DNA of 64,000 bases from Bulleidia sp. GTDB lineage: Bacteria; Desulfobacterota; Desulfovibrionia; Desulfovibrionales; Desulfovibrionaceae. The stretch is from the NCBI GenBank assembly GCA_963661665.1, contig CAVLCT010000001.1, positions 27,308-91,307 of the forward strand. Reading direction: 5' to 3'. A program made the translations under genes and the position numbers. Shown piece after piece: positions 28,736 through 39,194 of the stretch; position 1 is the first letter of the stretch; each line of letters opens with the position of its first letter. The notes below the pieces were generated by a model, which saw nothing but the letters and a program-made list of their open reading frames with translations, made no database searches and was not told the origin of the DNA.

Positions 28736-29338
28736 ATGACAAGACGTTTCTTTCTGACCAGTCTTATAGCTGCCTTTATGTTCGGTAGCGTATTCTTTTC
28801 TGATACGGCTTATGCGGAGGACACCATTGTGCAGATGGACACCTCCATGGGCACAATCGTGCTGCGCCTGGATGAGCGCAAGGCTCCTGAAACCGTGGCC
28901 AATTTCCTGCAGTACGTCAACGCCGGCTTTTATAACGGAACCATATTCCACCGCGTTATCAAGGGCTTTATGATTCAGGGCGGCGGCTTTACGCCTGAAC
29001 TGACGCAAAAATCGACAAAGGCCCCCATCAAGAATGAGGCCACTCAGACAACGCGCAATACGCAGTATACCATAGCCATGGCCCGTACCTCCGATCCCAA
29101 TTCGGCCACCAGCCAGTTCTTTATCAATACCAAGAACAACCGCTTCCTGGATCCTGACCGCTGCCAGGACGGCGTCGGCTACTGCGTGTTCGGCCGTGTC
29201 ATCCAGGGCAAGGAAGTCGTTGACAAGATCGAGTCTGTGGCCACAAGCAACAAGCATCCCTATTACAAGGATGTGCCTGTGACTCCGGTTGTCATTAAGT
29301 CTGTCACCGTTCTCAAGGGTAGCAAGGACAAGTATTAG
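28736..29338 (+). CDS. peptidyl-prolyl cis-trans isomerase, cyclophilin type (secreted)
   Basis: The signal peptide is MTRRFFLTSLIAAFMFGSVFFS. The cyclophilin core is GTIVLRLDERKAPETVANFLQYVNAGFYNGTIFHRVIKGFMIQGGGF. Confidence 0.9.
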   Translation: MTRRFFLTSLIAAFMFGSVFFSDTAYAEDTIVQMDTSMGTIVLRLDERKAPETVANFLQYVNAGFYNGTIFHRVIKGFMIQGGGFTPELTQKSTKAPIKNEATQTTRNTQYTIAMARTSDPNSATSQFFINTKNNRFLDPDRCQDGVGYCVFGRVIQGKEVVDKIESVATSNKHPYYKDVPVTPVVIKSVTVLKGSKDKY

Positions 29339-29383
29339 CTTGAACTGCCTCTGACGCGAGCTGTTGTCTTTCAGATTGTTCCG

Positions 29384-29411
29384 GGCCTGCTTCCAGCTAT
29401 GGGAGCAGGCC
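29384..29411. terminator. bidirectional terminator hairpin between convergent ppi and mnmA
   Basis: GGCCTGCTTCC (29384-29394) pairs with GGGAGCAGGCC (29401-29411). T-rich sequence lies downstream. Confidence 0.6.
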
Positions 29412-29416
29412 TTTGC

Positions 29417-30562
29417 TTATTTTATCGTGCCTGCCAGAAGAATGCGCATCTTGTCATCCAGCACAATGCCGGTCTGCCCCGGGGCTGAGAGGAAAAGTTC
29501 TTCGTCGCACAAGACCTGTACGGCATTGTCGTCTTCTATGCGGATATGGGCCCTGACAGGCTTTTGGCGGTAGCGCAGACGCACAAACACAGTATCCGGA
29601 AATTCGTCGGGCCCAATCATGAAATTGGGGCTGAGCAGCACGGCCTGCTTCTGCCTGGTACGGCTTTTCCCTCCGACAAGCAGGATGTTCTTTTCGGAAT
29701 CTTTTCCAAGCACATACAGCGGCTCATGCCAGGGAATACCCAGGCCCTGGCGCTGTCCTTCCGTATACTGCCACAAGCCCTTGTGCCTGCCTATAACCCT
29801 GCCTGTACCGGCTTCGACAATATCCCCGCCGCCAGGGACATTTTTTCCCTGCCGCTGCCACATGGCTTCAAGAAAGCCCCTGTAGCCGCCATCCCTTGTG
29901 TGCGGAATAAAGCAGATATCCTGGCTTTCCTTGGGCTCGGGAACTGTGAGTCCTGCCTCTGCAACAATTGCCCTGACGTCTTTTTTTTCAAGGCTGGCCA
30001 GGGGAAAGGCAATTTTTGCAAGACGGTCGCGTGGGACCTGGCCCAAAAAATACGACTGATCCTTGACCATGTCTTTTGCCGAGGCCAGCAGAGGAGCGCT
30101 CCCTTTGTATGGGTGGTCATGGACAAGCGATGCGTAATGCCCAGTCACAAGCCCGGCTGCCCCTTTTGAGAGCGCATAGTCCAGAAAGGCACCGAACTTG
30201 ATGCGCCTGTTGCAGAGAACGCAGGGATTGGGCGTCATGCCTTCTGCATATGCGCTGGTAAAGGGGCCGACGACCTCTCTGGCAAAGCGTTCCTGCAAAT
30301 CAAGGATGTGCAGCTCGCAGCCAAGCATCCGGCATGCGTTTTCCAGGCGTTGTTCTGTCTGTATGGCTTTGGCCACGGCCTCTTCACCGGAAGAGGACGG
30401 GAGGCAGGATGAAGGTGATGCCAGCCTGGCGTGGACTGCCAGCACAGGACGGCCTGCCTTTTTGCACAGCAGCAGGGCACAGAGGGAATCGACACCGCCG
30501 GAAACGGCAACTGCCAGAGGACCCTCTGGCAGTTGTTCGCAAAACGCATTTAAGCTGTTCAT
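29417..30562 (-). CDS. mnmA: tRNA 2-thiouridine(34) synthase
   Basis: The PP-loop is AVAVSGGVDSLCALLL. Also present are CNRRIKFGAFLDYAL and DQSYFL. Confidence 0.9.
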   Translation of the reverse strand: MNSLNAFCEQLPEGPLAVAVSGGVDSLCALLLCKKAGRPVLAVHARLASPSSCLPSSSGEEAVAKAIQTEQRLENACRMLGCELHILDLQERFAREVVGPFTSAYAEGMTPNPCVLCNRRIKFGAFLDYALSKGAAGLVTGHYASLVHDHPYKGSAPLLASAKDMVKDQSYFLGQVPRDRLAKIAFPLASLEKKDVRAIVAEAGLTVPEPKESQDICFIPHTRDGGYRGFLEAMWQRQGKNVPGGGDIVEAGTGRVIGRHKGLWQYTEGQRQGLGIPWHEPLYVLGKDSEKNILLVGGKSRTRQKQAVLLSPNFMIGPDEFPDTVFVRLRYRQKPVRAHIRIEDDNAVQVLCDEELFLSAPGQTGIVLDDKMRILLAGTIK

Positions 30563-30580
30563 GAACTGAAAAGAAAAGGG

Positions 30581-31366
30581 CTAGAGAATCTGCTCCAGGA
30601 ACTGCTTGAGCCTGGGATGCTTGGGGGCGGAAAAGAGCCTTTCAGGCCGTCCCTGCTCAAGAATCAGGCCGTGATCCATGAAGATCACTCTGTCTGCCAC
30701 CATTTTGGCAAAGCCCATTTCATGCGTGACGCAGCACATGGTCATGCCTTCTTCGGCAAGATTGACCATAACATCAAGCACTTCGCCCACCATTTCGGGA
30801 TCCAGTGCTGAGGTGGGCTCGTCAAACAGCATGATGTTTGGCTGCATGGCCAGGGCCCTGGCTATGGCCACACGCTGCTGCTGTCCGCCTGAAAGCATGC
30901 TGGGGTAGACGCCTGCCTTGTCGGAAATGCCCACTTTCTGAAGGAGCTGCAGGGCTCTTGCCTCTGCATCAGCCTTGCTCATCTTGAGCAGCGTGCGCGG
31001 AGCCATGGTGAGGTTGTCGAGCACCGTCTTGTGCGGGAACAGGTTGAACTGCTGGAAAACCATGCCCACATTGCGGCGCATGTGATTGAGCTCATGCTCG
31101 CTGCAATGGGAGATGTCCTGCCCGCTGATGGTGATGCTGCCCTTGTCGATTTTTTCCAGGCGGTTGATGGAACGCAGAAGCGTCGATTTGCCGGATCCTG
31201 AGGGGCCGATAATAACAACCCTTTCCTTGGGGCGGATATTCAGATTGACATCCTGCAAGGCCACAAGAGAGCCGAAGAATTTCCAGGCATGCTCTATCTT
31301 GATAATAGCTTCTGCATTTTGATCCACAGACGATGCCGTGGCGTTTGTCTTACTTTCTTCTGTCAT
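30581..31366 (-). CDS. polar amino acid ABC transporter ATP-binding protein
   Basis: Walker A is GPSGSGKST, the signature is [15 protein letters not shown], and Walker B is [12 protein letters not shown] (GlnQ/HisP-like). Confidence 0.9.
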   Translation of the reverse strand: MTEESKTNATASSVDQNAEAIIKIEHAWKFFGSLVALQDVNLNIRPKERVVIIGPSGSGKSTLLRSINRLEKIDKGSITISGQDISHCSEHELNHMRRNVGMVFQQFNLFPHKTVLDNLTMAPRTLLKMSKADAEARALQLLQKVGISDKAGVYPSMLSGGQQQRVAIARALAMQPNIMLFDEPTSALDPEMVGEVLDVMVNLAEEGMTMCCVTHEMGFAKMVADRVIFMDHGLILEQGRPERLFSAPKHPRLKQFLEQIL

Positions 31367-32168
31367 AGTAGTTCAACCTGGCTTCCATGATGGCGACGCA
31401 CTTTGAAAGGAGCAGCGTAATTATAAGATAGACCAGTGCAACGATGGTGTACGTCTCAAAGTAGAGATAGGTCTTGGAGGCAAAGCTTCTGCCGCGCTGC
31501 ATGAGATCGGGCATGGCCATGACCGAGACAAGGGAGGTATCCTTGAGCATGGCAATGCATTCGTTGCCCACAGGAGGCAGGATGGTGCGCCAGGCCTGGG
31601 GCAGGATGACATAGAACATGGTCTGGAAGCGGTTAAAGCCCAGAGATCTGGCTGCTTCTGTCTGGCCCCTGGGAATGGCAGTGATGCCGGCCCTGAACAC
31701 TTCGCCCATATAGGCGCCGTAGCAGAAGCTGATGGCGACAACGGCACTGCAGAGGCTGGACACCTGCAAAAATTTGGAGAGGGCATAATAAATGTAGAAA
31801 ATCTGGACCAGCAGAGGGATGCCGCGGATGATTTCTACATAGGTAGAGGCTGTCAGATTGATAAGGGGATTGCGCGAGATGCGGCCAAGGCCTGTCAGAA
31901 GGCCCATTGGCACAGCGCAGCAGATTGCCAGGAAGGTGACCTGAAAGGTGACAAAAATGCCGTCAGGCAAAAATGTGATGACATCAAGGTATGGCTCAGG
32001 CCACATCGTACAAAGAACAATCAGTGTACAGATGGCGCCCACAAGGGAAATAGACCATGCGCTGATGAGTTTTTTACTAAGGGGTTTGGGAACGAGAGGG
32101 CCTTCGGTTATCACCATAATGGTGCCCTGGCTCTCCTTCTCATCTTCTTTTATTGATTCTGGTGCCAT
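31350..32168 (-). CDS. polar amino acid ABC transporter permease
   Basis: His/Glu/Gln/Arg-type permease with the EAA-like region [22 protein letters not shown]. The start is uncertain (ATG 32168, or 32264/32117). It overlaps the ATPase gene by 17 nt. Confidence 0.85.
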   Translation of the reverse strand: MAPESIKEDEKESQGTIMVITEGPLVPKPLSKKLISAWSISLVGAICTLIVLCTMWPEPYLDVITFLPDGIFVTFQVTFLAICCAVPMGLLTGLGRISRNPLINLTASTYVEIIRGIPLLVQIFYIYYALSKFLQVSSLCSAVVAISFCYGAYMGEVFRAGITAIPRGQTEAARSLGFNRFQTMFYVILPQAWRTILPPVGNECIAMLKDTSLVSVMAMPDLMQRGRSFASKTYLYFETYTIVALVYLIITLLLSKCVAIMEARLNYYDRRK

Positions 32169-32616
32169 AGTATTCCCATTGAGACTGCCATTGGCACACC
32201 CTGCCTGAAAAGACAGGCAGAGGACGACGTCCTGGCAGGCCCCTTGCCTGTTATAAAAGAACACACTGCATTATTTCTGTCCGGACAGCCGGCAAGAGGT
32301 GCGGTCCCAAAAATAAGGCAGAAACTACAAACATGTATCATCGCCACTTTTGAAGCATTTTTGCCGGCAGTATGGACGGCAGAAGTACGATAATACGTAT
32401 GGAATGCCAGGCAGAACCTGACTGTCTCCATAAAGATTTTATGTTAGACAGTGAACGTGAACTGGTCAAGGAAAGATCCGGCATAAGGCAAAGAGGAATG
32501 CTTGAATTGCCTTTTTTAGTCGGCTATTGTTCCCCCTGTCTTCAGGGACGCTTTTTTAAGAAAAGCACTGTCCCTGGCGTATACAGCTATCCGGATTTCA
32601 GGGAGGCGTCCAAAAT

Positions 32617-33402
32617 ATGGCGGACGACATGAAAGTTCTTATTATGTGCGGCGGCAAGGGAACAAGGCTGCGCGAGGAAACCGCAGTAAAGCCCAAGCCC
32701 ATGGTGGAAATCGGCGGCAAGCCAATTTTATGGCACATCATGCATATCTACAGCCGTTTCGGGTACAAAGACTTTGTCCTGCCTCTTGGCTACAAGGGCG
32801 ACGTCATCAAGCAGTATTTTGCCGACTATCACCGCAAGCACAGTGATTTTACCGTTGATCTGAAGACCGGCGCCATCACTACCGACAAAAGCGATATAGA
32901 GGACTGGCGCGTCACTCTCTGCGACACTGGCGAGGAAACCCTGAAAGGTGCCCGTCTGAAAAGGGTCGCCCGCCACATTGATACAGATAGGTTCATGGTT
33001 ACCTACGGCGACGGCGTCTCTGACATCGATCTGGATGCCCTGGTTCGCTTCCACAAGGAGTCAGGCTGCATTGGCACCTTTACGGGCGTGCGCATGCCCA
33101 GCCGTTTCGGCACTGTGCGCACGGACGAAAACGGCAAGATCCTCTCCTGGGAAGAAAAGCCCGTCCTCAACGAATATATCAACTGCGGCTTTTTTGTCTT
33201 CAAGCGCGAGTTTCTTGACTACCTGAGCGAGGATGAGTCCTGCGACCTGGAAAAGGAGCCCTTGCAACGCCTGGCAAAGGAAGGGCAGCTCTCCATGTAT
33301 CCGCATCCCGGCAAGTGGCAGTGCATGGATACATTGCGCGACAATATGCTGCTGAACCAGCTCTGGAATTCTGGCAAGGCCTTCTGGACAGGAGAAAAGT
33401 AG
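32617..33402 (+). CDS. rfbF: glucose-1-phosphate cytidylyltransferase
   Basis: MKVLIMCGGKGTRLREETAVKPKPMVEIGGKPILWHIMHIYSRFGYKDFVLPLGYKG. Confidence 0.9.
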   Translation: MADDMKVLIMCGGKGTRLREETAVKPKPMVEIGGKPILWHIMHIYSRFGYKDFVLPLGYKGDVIKQYFADYHRKHSDFTVDLKTGAITTDKSDIEDWRVTLCDTGEETLKGARLKRVARHIDTDRFMVTYGDGVSDIDLDALVRFHKESGCIGTFTGVRMPSRFGTVRTDENGKILSWEEKPVLNEYINCGFFVFKREFLDYLSEDESCDLEKEPLQRLAKEGQLSMYPHPGKWQCMDTLRDNMLLNQLWNSGKAFWTGEK

Positions 33403-33405
33403 TTC

Positions 33406-34530
33406 ATGTTTCATAACGTCTACAAGGGAAAACGAGTTTTTGTCACCGGGCATACCGGTTTCAAGGGCAGCTGGCTGTGCGCCTGGCTTCTGAGCATGGG
33501 TGCAGAGGTGACAGGATACTCCCTGTCCATACCGACCAATCCTTCACACTTTGAGGCTATGGGCCTTGCTGACCATATCCATGACATCCGCGGCGATGTG
33601 CGTGACAGGGAACATCTTATAGCGGCAATGGCCGAGGCAAAGCCGGACATTGTCTATCACCTGGCTGCCCAGGCCCTGGTCAGACTCTCCTATGACAGAC
33701 CTGCCGAGACCTTTGAGTCCAATGTCATGGGCACCATGAATGTCTGCGAGGCAGTCCGCCTCACTCCTTCGGTGCAGTCCCTTGTTCTCATTACCTCTGA
33801 CAAGTGCTACCGCAACGACGAGCATGTCTGGGGCTACAGGGAAAATGACCATTTAGGCGGCTATGACCCGTATTCTGCTTCCAAGGGCTGTGCCGAAATC
33901 GTGGCCCATTCCTATTTTCGCAGCTTCTTTGCCAAGGATGGCCCAAGATGCGCCACTGTGCGTGCCGGCAACGTCATAGGCGGAGGCGACTGGGCTTTAG
34001 ACCGCATTGTGCCTGACTGTGCCCGCGCCTGGTCTGAGGACAGGCCTGTGCTTATCCGCAGCCCCCATGCCACAAGGCCCTGGCAGCTTGTCCTTGAGCC
34101 TTTGTCCGGCTATCTCTGGCTTGGCGCCCTGCTTTATGAAAACGATACAAGCCGTCCCTTCCCGCTGTCCGGGGAAGCATACAATTTCGGGCCGGCTGCC
34201 GATGTAAACAATCCTGTCAGCGATGTCGTAAATGCGCTGGCACAGCACTGGACCGGCTTCCGCAGTGAAATGGACATGAGCAAGGGCGTGGAACGCAAGG
34301 AATGCACCCTGCTCAAACTCTGCTGTGACAAGTCCCTGGCCTATCTTAACTGGAAGGCCACCCTGACTTTTGATGAGACCATACGCTATACTGCCGAATG
34401 GTATCAGCGCTATTACAAGGGCGGAGGGCAAGAGGAGTCCATGCTTAACTTTACGCTGGGGCAGATAAACGCCTACACCAACGCAGCTGCCATGCGCAAT
34501 CAGGCCTGGATCGGACCTGACGGAAAGTAG
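33406..34530 (+). CDS. rfbG: CDP-glucose 4,6-dehydratase
   Basis: KRVFVTGHTGFKGSWLCAWLLSMGAEVTGYSL...YSASKGCAE (YxxxK). Confidence 0.9.
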   Translation: MFHNVYKGKRVFVTGHTGFKGSWLCAWLLSMGAEVTGYSLSIPTNPSHFEAMGLADHIHDIRGDVRDREHLIAAMAEAKPDIVYHLAAQALVRLSYDRPAETFESNVMGTMNVCEAVRLTPSVQSLVLITSDKCYRNDEHVWGYRENDHLGGYDPYSASKGCAEIVAHSYFRSFFAKDGPRCATVRAGNVIGGGDWALDRIVPDCARAWSEDRPVLIRSPHATRPWQLVLEPLSGYLWLGALLYENDTSRPFPLSGEAYNFGPAADVNNPVSDVVNALAQHWTGFRSEMDMSKGVERKECTLLKLCCDKSLAYLNWKATLTFDETIRYTAEWYQRYYKGGGQEESMLNFTLGQINAYTNAAAMRNQAWIGPDGK

Positions 34531-34532
34531 CC

Positions 34533-35069
34533 ATGGAAGATGTAACTCTTGAGACATCCGCCATTAAGGGTGTCGAATACCTTCCTTTGCGCATGATAGA
34601 CACGCCTGGCGGCTCCGTACTGCACATGCTCCGCCCCGGCATGCCTCTGGTTCCCGGCCTTTGCGAAAAGGACGGCAAGGCTCTGCTGGGTGTTGGCGAG
34701 ATATATTTTTCAGAGGTGCTTCCTGGCGCAGTCAAGGCCTGGAAAAGGCACACGGAGCAGACGCAGTTTTTTTGTGTTCCCTGCGGCATTCTGGGCATTG
34801 CCCTGTATGACGGACGTGTCTCTTCTGAAACGTATGGCAAGGTGCAGACATTCCGCCTGGGCAGAAAGGCCCTGTATGCACTTTTGCGTATTCCCTGCGG
34901 CGTATGGTACGGCTTTACGGCGTTAGGACCGGAGCCTGCCATCATCTGCAATGCTGCAGACATTCCGCACGATCCCAAGGAAGGCATCAAGGTGGCTCCG
35001 GACAGCCCTGAGGCACAGGCCATTCCCTTTGACTGGAATGCCCCTTTCCCTGAGTCAGTAACAGGCTGA
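34533..35069 (+). CDS. RmlC-like cupin (sugar-nucleotide 3,5-epimerase/isomerase family)
   Basis: 178-aa beta-rich protein. GEIYFSEVLPGAVKAWKRHTEQTQFFCVPCGILGIALYDGR resembles the RmlC core. The gene starts 3 nt after rfbG. Confidence 0.55.
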   Translation: MEDVTLETSAIKGVEYLPLRMIDTPGGSVLHMLRPGMPLVPGLCEKDGKALLGVGEIYFSEVLPGAVKAWKRHTEQTQFFCVPCGILGIALYDGRVSSETYGKVQTFRLGRKALYALLRIPCGVWYGFTALGPEPAIICNAADIPHDPKEGIKVAPDSPEAQAIPFDWNAPFPESVTG

Positions 35070-35132
35070 CCTATAACCTTTAAGAAAATAACGGGCCGCA
35101 GCTCTATGCGGCCTTTTTGTTGGAGAAAAATC

Positions 35133-36116
35133 ATGACCGCGGGAGAAATCTTAAAAAAAGCCATGGCAGGAAGGCCTGAAGGGGCTCCTGAACGCAGCTG
35201 GAAGGATCTGGCAAAAGCCTGGTGGCGCTGTGCGCGTCCGCCGTTTTTTATCACGGCCGCCATTCCTGTCCTTGTGGGACTGGCCTTTGTCATGCGCTGC
35301 CAGGTCGTTTTGGACGGATCCCTTATAGCACGTCTTGTCTTTCTGCTGCTGGGCTGCGGCCTTGGCCTTACCATTGCCAATGTGGCAAACGAGCTCTTTG
35401 ACTACGTGCTTGGCGTGGACAGCCAGGAAGACAGCATAGGCGGAACAGGCGTGATCCAAAGCGGCCTTATTTCCTGCCGCGAACTCTTTGCAGCCGTACT
35501 GCTTCTGGTTGTGGCAACGCTTGCCGTGGGTGTAGGGCTTGTCTATACGCTGCCAGCTGCCTTACGTCCCGTCCTTATTGTGCTGACACTGTTTGCCGTG
35601 GCCTCTGCCGTCTTTTATGTCGCCCCTCCCATACGCTACGGGCACCGCGGCCTTGGCGAGGTCATGGTCGGCATCAATATGGGCTTCATCATAGTCAGCG
35701 CCTCGGCCACCATCCTGGCACAGAGCTTTGACATCCGCTCGCTTGGCGTGGCTTTGCCTGTGGTGCTCATGGTAGCAGGCATACTCTACTACCAGAGCCT
35801 GCCAGAAATAGAGACAGATGCCAGGGCCGGCAAGAAAACCCTGGCCAATATCCTTGGCAAGGACCATGCCCTGCTGGTGTTCCGCCTGTGGTGGCCCCTG
35901 ACCTGGTGCAGCATGATGAATCTCTTTCTCTGCGGCCTTGCCGGCTGGCCTGTCTTCTTCTGCCTGGTTTCTGCCCCCTTGTGGTGGAAGGCGCAGTACC
36001 TCATTGCAGAGAGAGGCGACGGCGACTGGCTGCCGCTGGACAAGTACGGCTATCTTGTCCGTTTGTGCTACCTTATCAGCGGAGGCGCCTTAATCTGGGG
36101 TGTTGCCTGGCTGTAG
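35133..36116 (+). CDS. UbiA-family prenyltransferase, MenA-like
   Basis: About 9 TM segments. The motif NVANELFDYVLGVD fits the N-x3-D-x5-D pattern of MenA-type (NDYxDxxKGxD) enzymes. ATG 35133 follows GGAGAA. Confidence 0.7.
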   Translation: MTAGEILKKAMAGRPEGAPERSWKDLAKAWWRCARPPFFITAAIPVLVGLAFVMRCQVVLDGSLIARLVFLLLGCGLGLTIANVANELFDYVLGVDSQEDSIGGTGVIQSGLISCRELFAAVLLLVVATLAVGVGLVYTLPAALRPVLIVLTLFAVASAVFYVAPPIRYGHRGLGEVMVGINMGFIIVSASATILAQSFDIRSLGVALPVVLMVAGILYYQSLPEIETDARAGKKTLANILGKDHALLVFRLWWPLTWCSMMNLFLCGLAGWPVFFCLVSAPLWWKAQYLIAERGDGDWLPLDKYGYLVRLCYLISGGALIWGVAWL

Positions 36117-36249
36117 CAGAACAATAACAGCCTTCAGGCGCTCTGCCTTGATGCGGCATTATCAGAAAAAGAAAGGCTCTTTCCACGGGAGGCAGTTGGC
36201 CCCTGCGAAAAGAGCTTTTTTGTTTGCAGCCCGCTGTGGAGAACTATTT

Positions 36250-36993
36250 TCAAAGAATGCCCGTACAGCCCCTTGCAAGACAGACGCACCCGGCAGAAAA
36301 AATCAGGAAACGAAGGATGCGCCTGAAAGCCTCCTGATTGATGCGCCTGGCAATGGGAAGGCCGCAAATCATGCCCAGCACGGTTGCAGGTGCTCCCAGA
36401 AGAACGTGGTGCAATACATCGGCAGTATAGAGATCTGCCATATAGTGGCAGAGCATGGTCAGAAGGCTTGCCAGGAGCGTAAACAGGTTCATGGTGGCAA
36501 GCGTTTCCAGATGCCCCCAGCCGGCATAGAGGGAATAGATGGCTACAGGGGGATTGCCAAAACCAATGGATGTATTGATGAGCCCTGAGAAAAAGCCGGC
36601 ACACGATCCTGCAGCAAAGGTATCTCTGTTTTTTTGAGAGGAGGGCCTGCCCTTCCAGAGAATAAAAAGTACCATGATGGCGCCTGTGACAAGCTGCAAA
36701 ATGGCTGACGGCGTTATGAGCAGGATAAAGAGGCCTGCAAGGGATCCGGGAATGGCGCCAGCGCAAAGGGATTTGAGAGAATGAAAAAGCGTATGGCGCC
36801 AGTATGCAAGGGTCATGGCAGCTGAAATAATAGCGACACAGATGCAGGTGGCAGGCACAAGAGTCTGGGACTGCATGCAGCCTGCATAGATTGGCAGTGC
36901 CACCATGGCAGCACCCATGCCGCCTACGCTGTTGACAAAGCCGCCCAGAAACCAGGCCAGGGCAAAAAGCCACAGGGATGTGTCTTCAAACAT
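36250..36993 (-). CDS. TauE/SafE family sulfite/organosulfonate exporter
   Basis: LGGFVNSVGGMGAAMVALPIY and a second internal half-repeat FFSGLINTSIGFGNPPVAIY. Polytopic membrane protein. Confidence 0.8.
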   Translation of the reverse strand: MFEDTSLWLFALAWFLGGFVNSVGGMGAAMVALPIYAGCMQSQTLVPATCICVAIISAAMTLAYWRHTLFHSLKSLCAGAIPGSLAGLFILLITPSAILQLVTGAIMVLFILWKGRPSSQKNRDTFAAGSCAGFFSGLINTSIGFGNPPVAIYSLYAGWGHLETLATMNLFTLLASLLTMLCHYMADLYTADVLHHVLLGAPATVLGMICGLPIARRINQEAFRRILRFLIFSAGCVCLARGCTGIL

Positions 36994-37079
36994 GATGACC
37001 TCTTATGCTGCACGGGACCGTTGCAAGGGTTGCTGACCTGGGATCTGTATACAAAAAAGCGGGCGGCTTAAAAAGAATT

Positions 37080-37146
37080 CAGGCAGGCCGTGTGAGATGC
37101 GGCCTGCCTGGATGGGGTTTCCTGCCTGTGTCTTAGCACAGGCAGG
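37080..37146 (-). terminator. tandem terminator hairpins downstream of the TRAP operon
   Basis: CAGGCAGGCCG (37080-37090) pairs perfectly with CGGCCTGCCTG (37100-37110). On the minus strand this stem is followed by AATTCTTTTT. A second stem pairs CCTGCCTGTG (37121-37130) with CACAGGCAGG (37137-37146). Confidence 0.65.
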
Positions 37147-37169
37147 GTGAGGAGGTATGAGAACGATGC

Positions 37170-39092
37170 TTAATAGCCGCCCACGATGCACAGGGGCACT
37201 GCGGGCACGTAGGTGATGAGCAACAGTACCAGGATCAGGAGGCCAATCATTGGCAGGGCAGCTCTGGCAATGGATGTAATCTTGGTATTGGAAATGCCGC
37301 TGGCCACAAAGAGGTTGACGCCAACCGGAGGCGTAAGGAAGCCGATGGCCAGGTTGACAACCATGATGACACCAAAGTGCAGGGGCGAGACGCCGACACC
37401 TGTGACGATGGGCAGCAGGATGGGAGTCAGGATGACAATGGCAGCCAGGGCTTCCATGAAGACGCCGACGATAAGCAGCAGGATGTTGATGATAAGCAGG
37501 ATAAAGATCTTGCTGTTGGTGAAGCTTAAGATAGCGCGGGCGATGGTTCCGGGCACGTCTTCAATGGTCATGATGTTGCCGAAGATGGTGGCCATGGCCA
37601 TAAGGACGATAATGGTGGCAGAAGTTTCGGCTGATTCCACGCAGCATTCGCACATCTTGCGGAAGCTGATTTCCCTGTAGATGAAGACGCCGACAATGAT
37701 GCCGTAGAAGGCTGCCACGGCAGCAGCCTCGGTGGGAGTCATGAAGCCGCCGTAGATACCGCCAAGCACGATAACCGGAACCATGAGGGCCCACTTGGCA
37801 TCCCAGAAAGCCTTGGTAATGGTCTTGGCGTTACGCTCTTTCTGCTCGCCCTTCCAGCCCTTCTTCTTGGAGATCCAGAAGGAATAGGCCATGAGGACAA
37901 TGCCACAGAGGATGCCGGGAATAATGCCGCTGATAAAGAGGTCGCCGATGGAGACCTGGGCAGAGATGCCGTAGACCACGAAGGGGTTGCTGGGAGGAAT
38001 CATAACGCCCAGCGCACCGGCCGACGCCACAATGGCGCAGGCAAAGGCCTTGTCGTAGCCGCGCTCAAGCATGGCCGGAATGGTCAGCGAGCCGATGGCT
38101 GCCACAGTGGCAGGTCCGGATCCGGAAATGGCGCCAAAGAACATGCAGGTGACGACAGTGGTCAGAGCCATGCCGCCGTAGAGGCCGCCTATCATTTCAT
38201 CGGCCAGTGTCAGCAGGCGGGTGGAAAGGCCGCCCGCGCCCATGAACACACCGGCTGCGATGAAGAAGGGGATGGCCATGATGGGGAAGTTGTCCAGGGA
38301 GGTGAAGGCCACCTGCGAGATATACTGCAAGGGCAGGGTGTCGGCACAGATGATGGTAGCCAGGGAAGAGAGGCCCAGGCCTATGGCAATGGGAACGCCA
38401 AGAACGCACAGAACAAGAAAATAGCCAAAGAGTGCCGGCAGGGGAGCTATGTAGTCATAGAGGACAGGAAGGCCGGGGCAGTTTAAGGCCAGCAGAATGG
38501 GATACATGGGCAGGCCAAGTACCAGGAAGAGGACTATGCCCAGGATGGAATCCTTTGCACCGCAGATTTTGCACTGCCTGTACAGGTCCTGGATGAGGCG
38601 CAGGCTCATCAGGCCAAAGCCCACAGGCAGGATGAGATAGGGAATGAGATACGGGATACGGGTTGCTGTGGTGTATTGCGGGAACTGGATGAGGCGCTCA
38701 ATCTGCGACCAGCCAGTGATAGCTATGACCAGGGTGAGGAGCAGGAAGCATCCGTGCACCACGATCCAGCTTATGTCCTGCCAGCGCTTGGGCATCTTGT
38801 CATAGATGATGTCTATGCGGATGGAGGAGCGCTTCTTGATGGCGACACAGAGGGCCAGATAGGTAATCCAGATGAAGATGTAGCGGGACACTTCTTCCGT
38901 CCAGACCATGGCACCGGCTGTTTCAAGAACTGAGCTGACGATGTAGCGATAGAATGTCTGTAACGTAATGAAGCAGATAATGGCGATAAGGCCGACAACA
39001 AGGAAAATCTTTTCAAAGTTGTCGTCCAGCCAGCTCAGTACGGACGGCTTTGTACCGTCATTGTTTTGGCAGGTCTGTACGGAGGCGGTCAT
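37170..39092 (-). CDS. TRAP transporter fused small/large permease (DctQ-DctM)
   Basis: The N-terminal roughly 190 aa is a 4-TM DctQ-like segment. It is fused to a roughly 440-aa DctM-like 12-TM domain. Confidence 0.9.
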   Translation of the reverse strand: MTASVQTCQNNDGTKPSVLSWLDDNFEKIFLVVGLIAIICFITLQTFYRYIVSSVLETAGAMVWTEEVSRYIFIWITYLALCVAIKKRSSIRIDIIYDKMPKRWQDISWIVVHGCFLLLTLVIAITGWSQIERLIQFPQYTTATRIPYLIPYLILPVGFGLMSLRLIQDLYRQCKICGAKDSILGIVLFLVLGLPMYPILLALNCPGLPVLYDYIAPLPALFGYFLVLCVLGVPIAIGLGLSSLATIICADTLPLQYISQVAFTSLDNFPIMAIPFFIAAGVFMGAGGLSTRLLTLADEMIGGLYGGMALTTVVTCMFFGAISGSGPATVAAIGSLTIPAMLERGYDKAFACAIVASAGALGVMIPPSNPFVVYGISAQVSIGDLFISGIIPGILCGIVLMAYSFWISKKKGWKGEQKERNAKTITKAFWDAKWALMVPVIVLGGIYGGFMTPTEAAAVAAFYGIIVGVFIYREISFRKMCECCVESAETSATIIVLMAMATIFGNIMTIEDVPGTIARAILSFTNSKIFILLIINILLLIVGVFMEALAAIVILTPILLPIVTGVGVSPLHFGVIMVVNLAIGFLTPPVGVNLFVASGISNTKITSIARAALPMIGLLILVLLLITYVPAVPLCIVGGY

Positions 39093-39194
39093 GCGAAAAC
39101 CTCATGCAGTTGAATCTGTTGCGGGAAAAAAGCCTTAGCTGATGCGGGGGAAGAGGGAATAGTCCCTCCTCCCCCTGTTAAGCATTGAAAAAAA

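Noticed and set aside
34451-35380. 309-aa minus-strand ORF and other long antisense or alternative-frame ORFs (e.g. 36134..36973, 33997..34557, 46710..47519, 13111..13746)
   Set aside because: Each overlaps a gene with clear family motifs on the other strand or frame. Their translations are Arg/Pro/Ser/Ala-rich with no recognisable domain.
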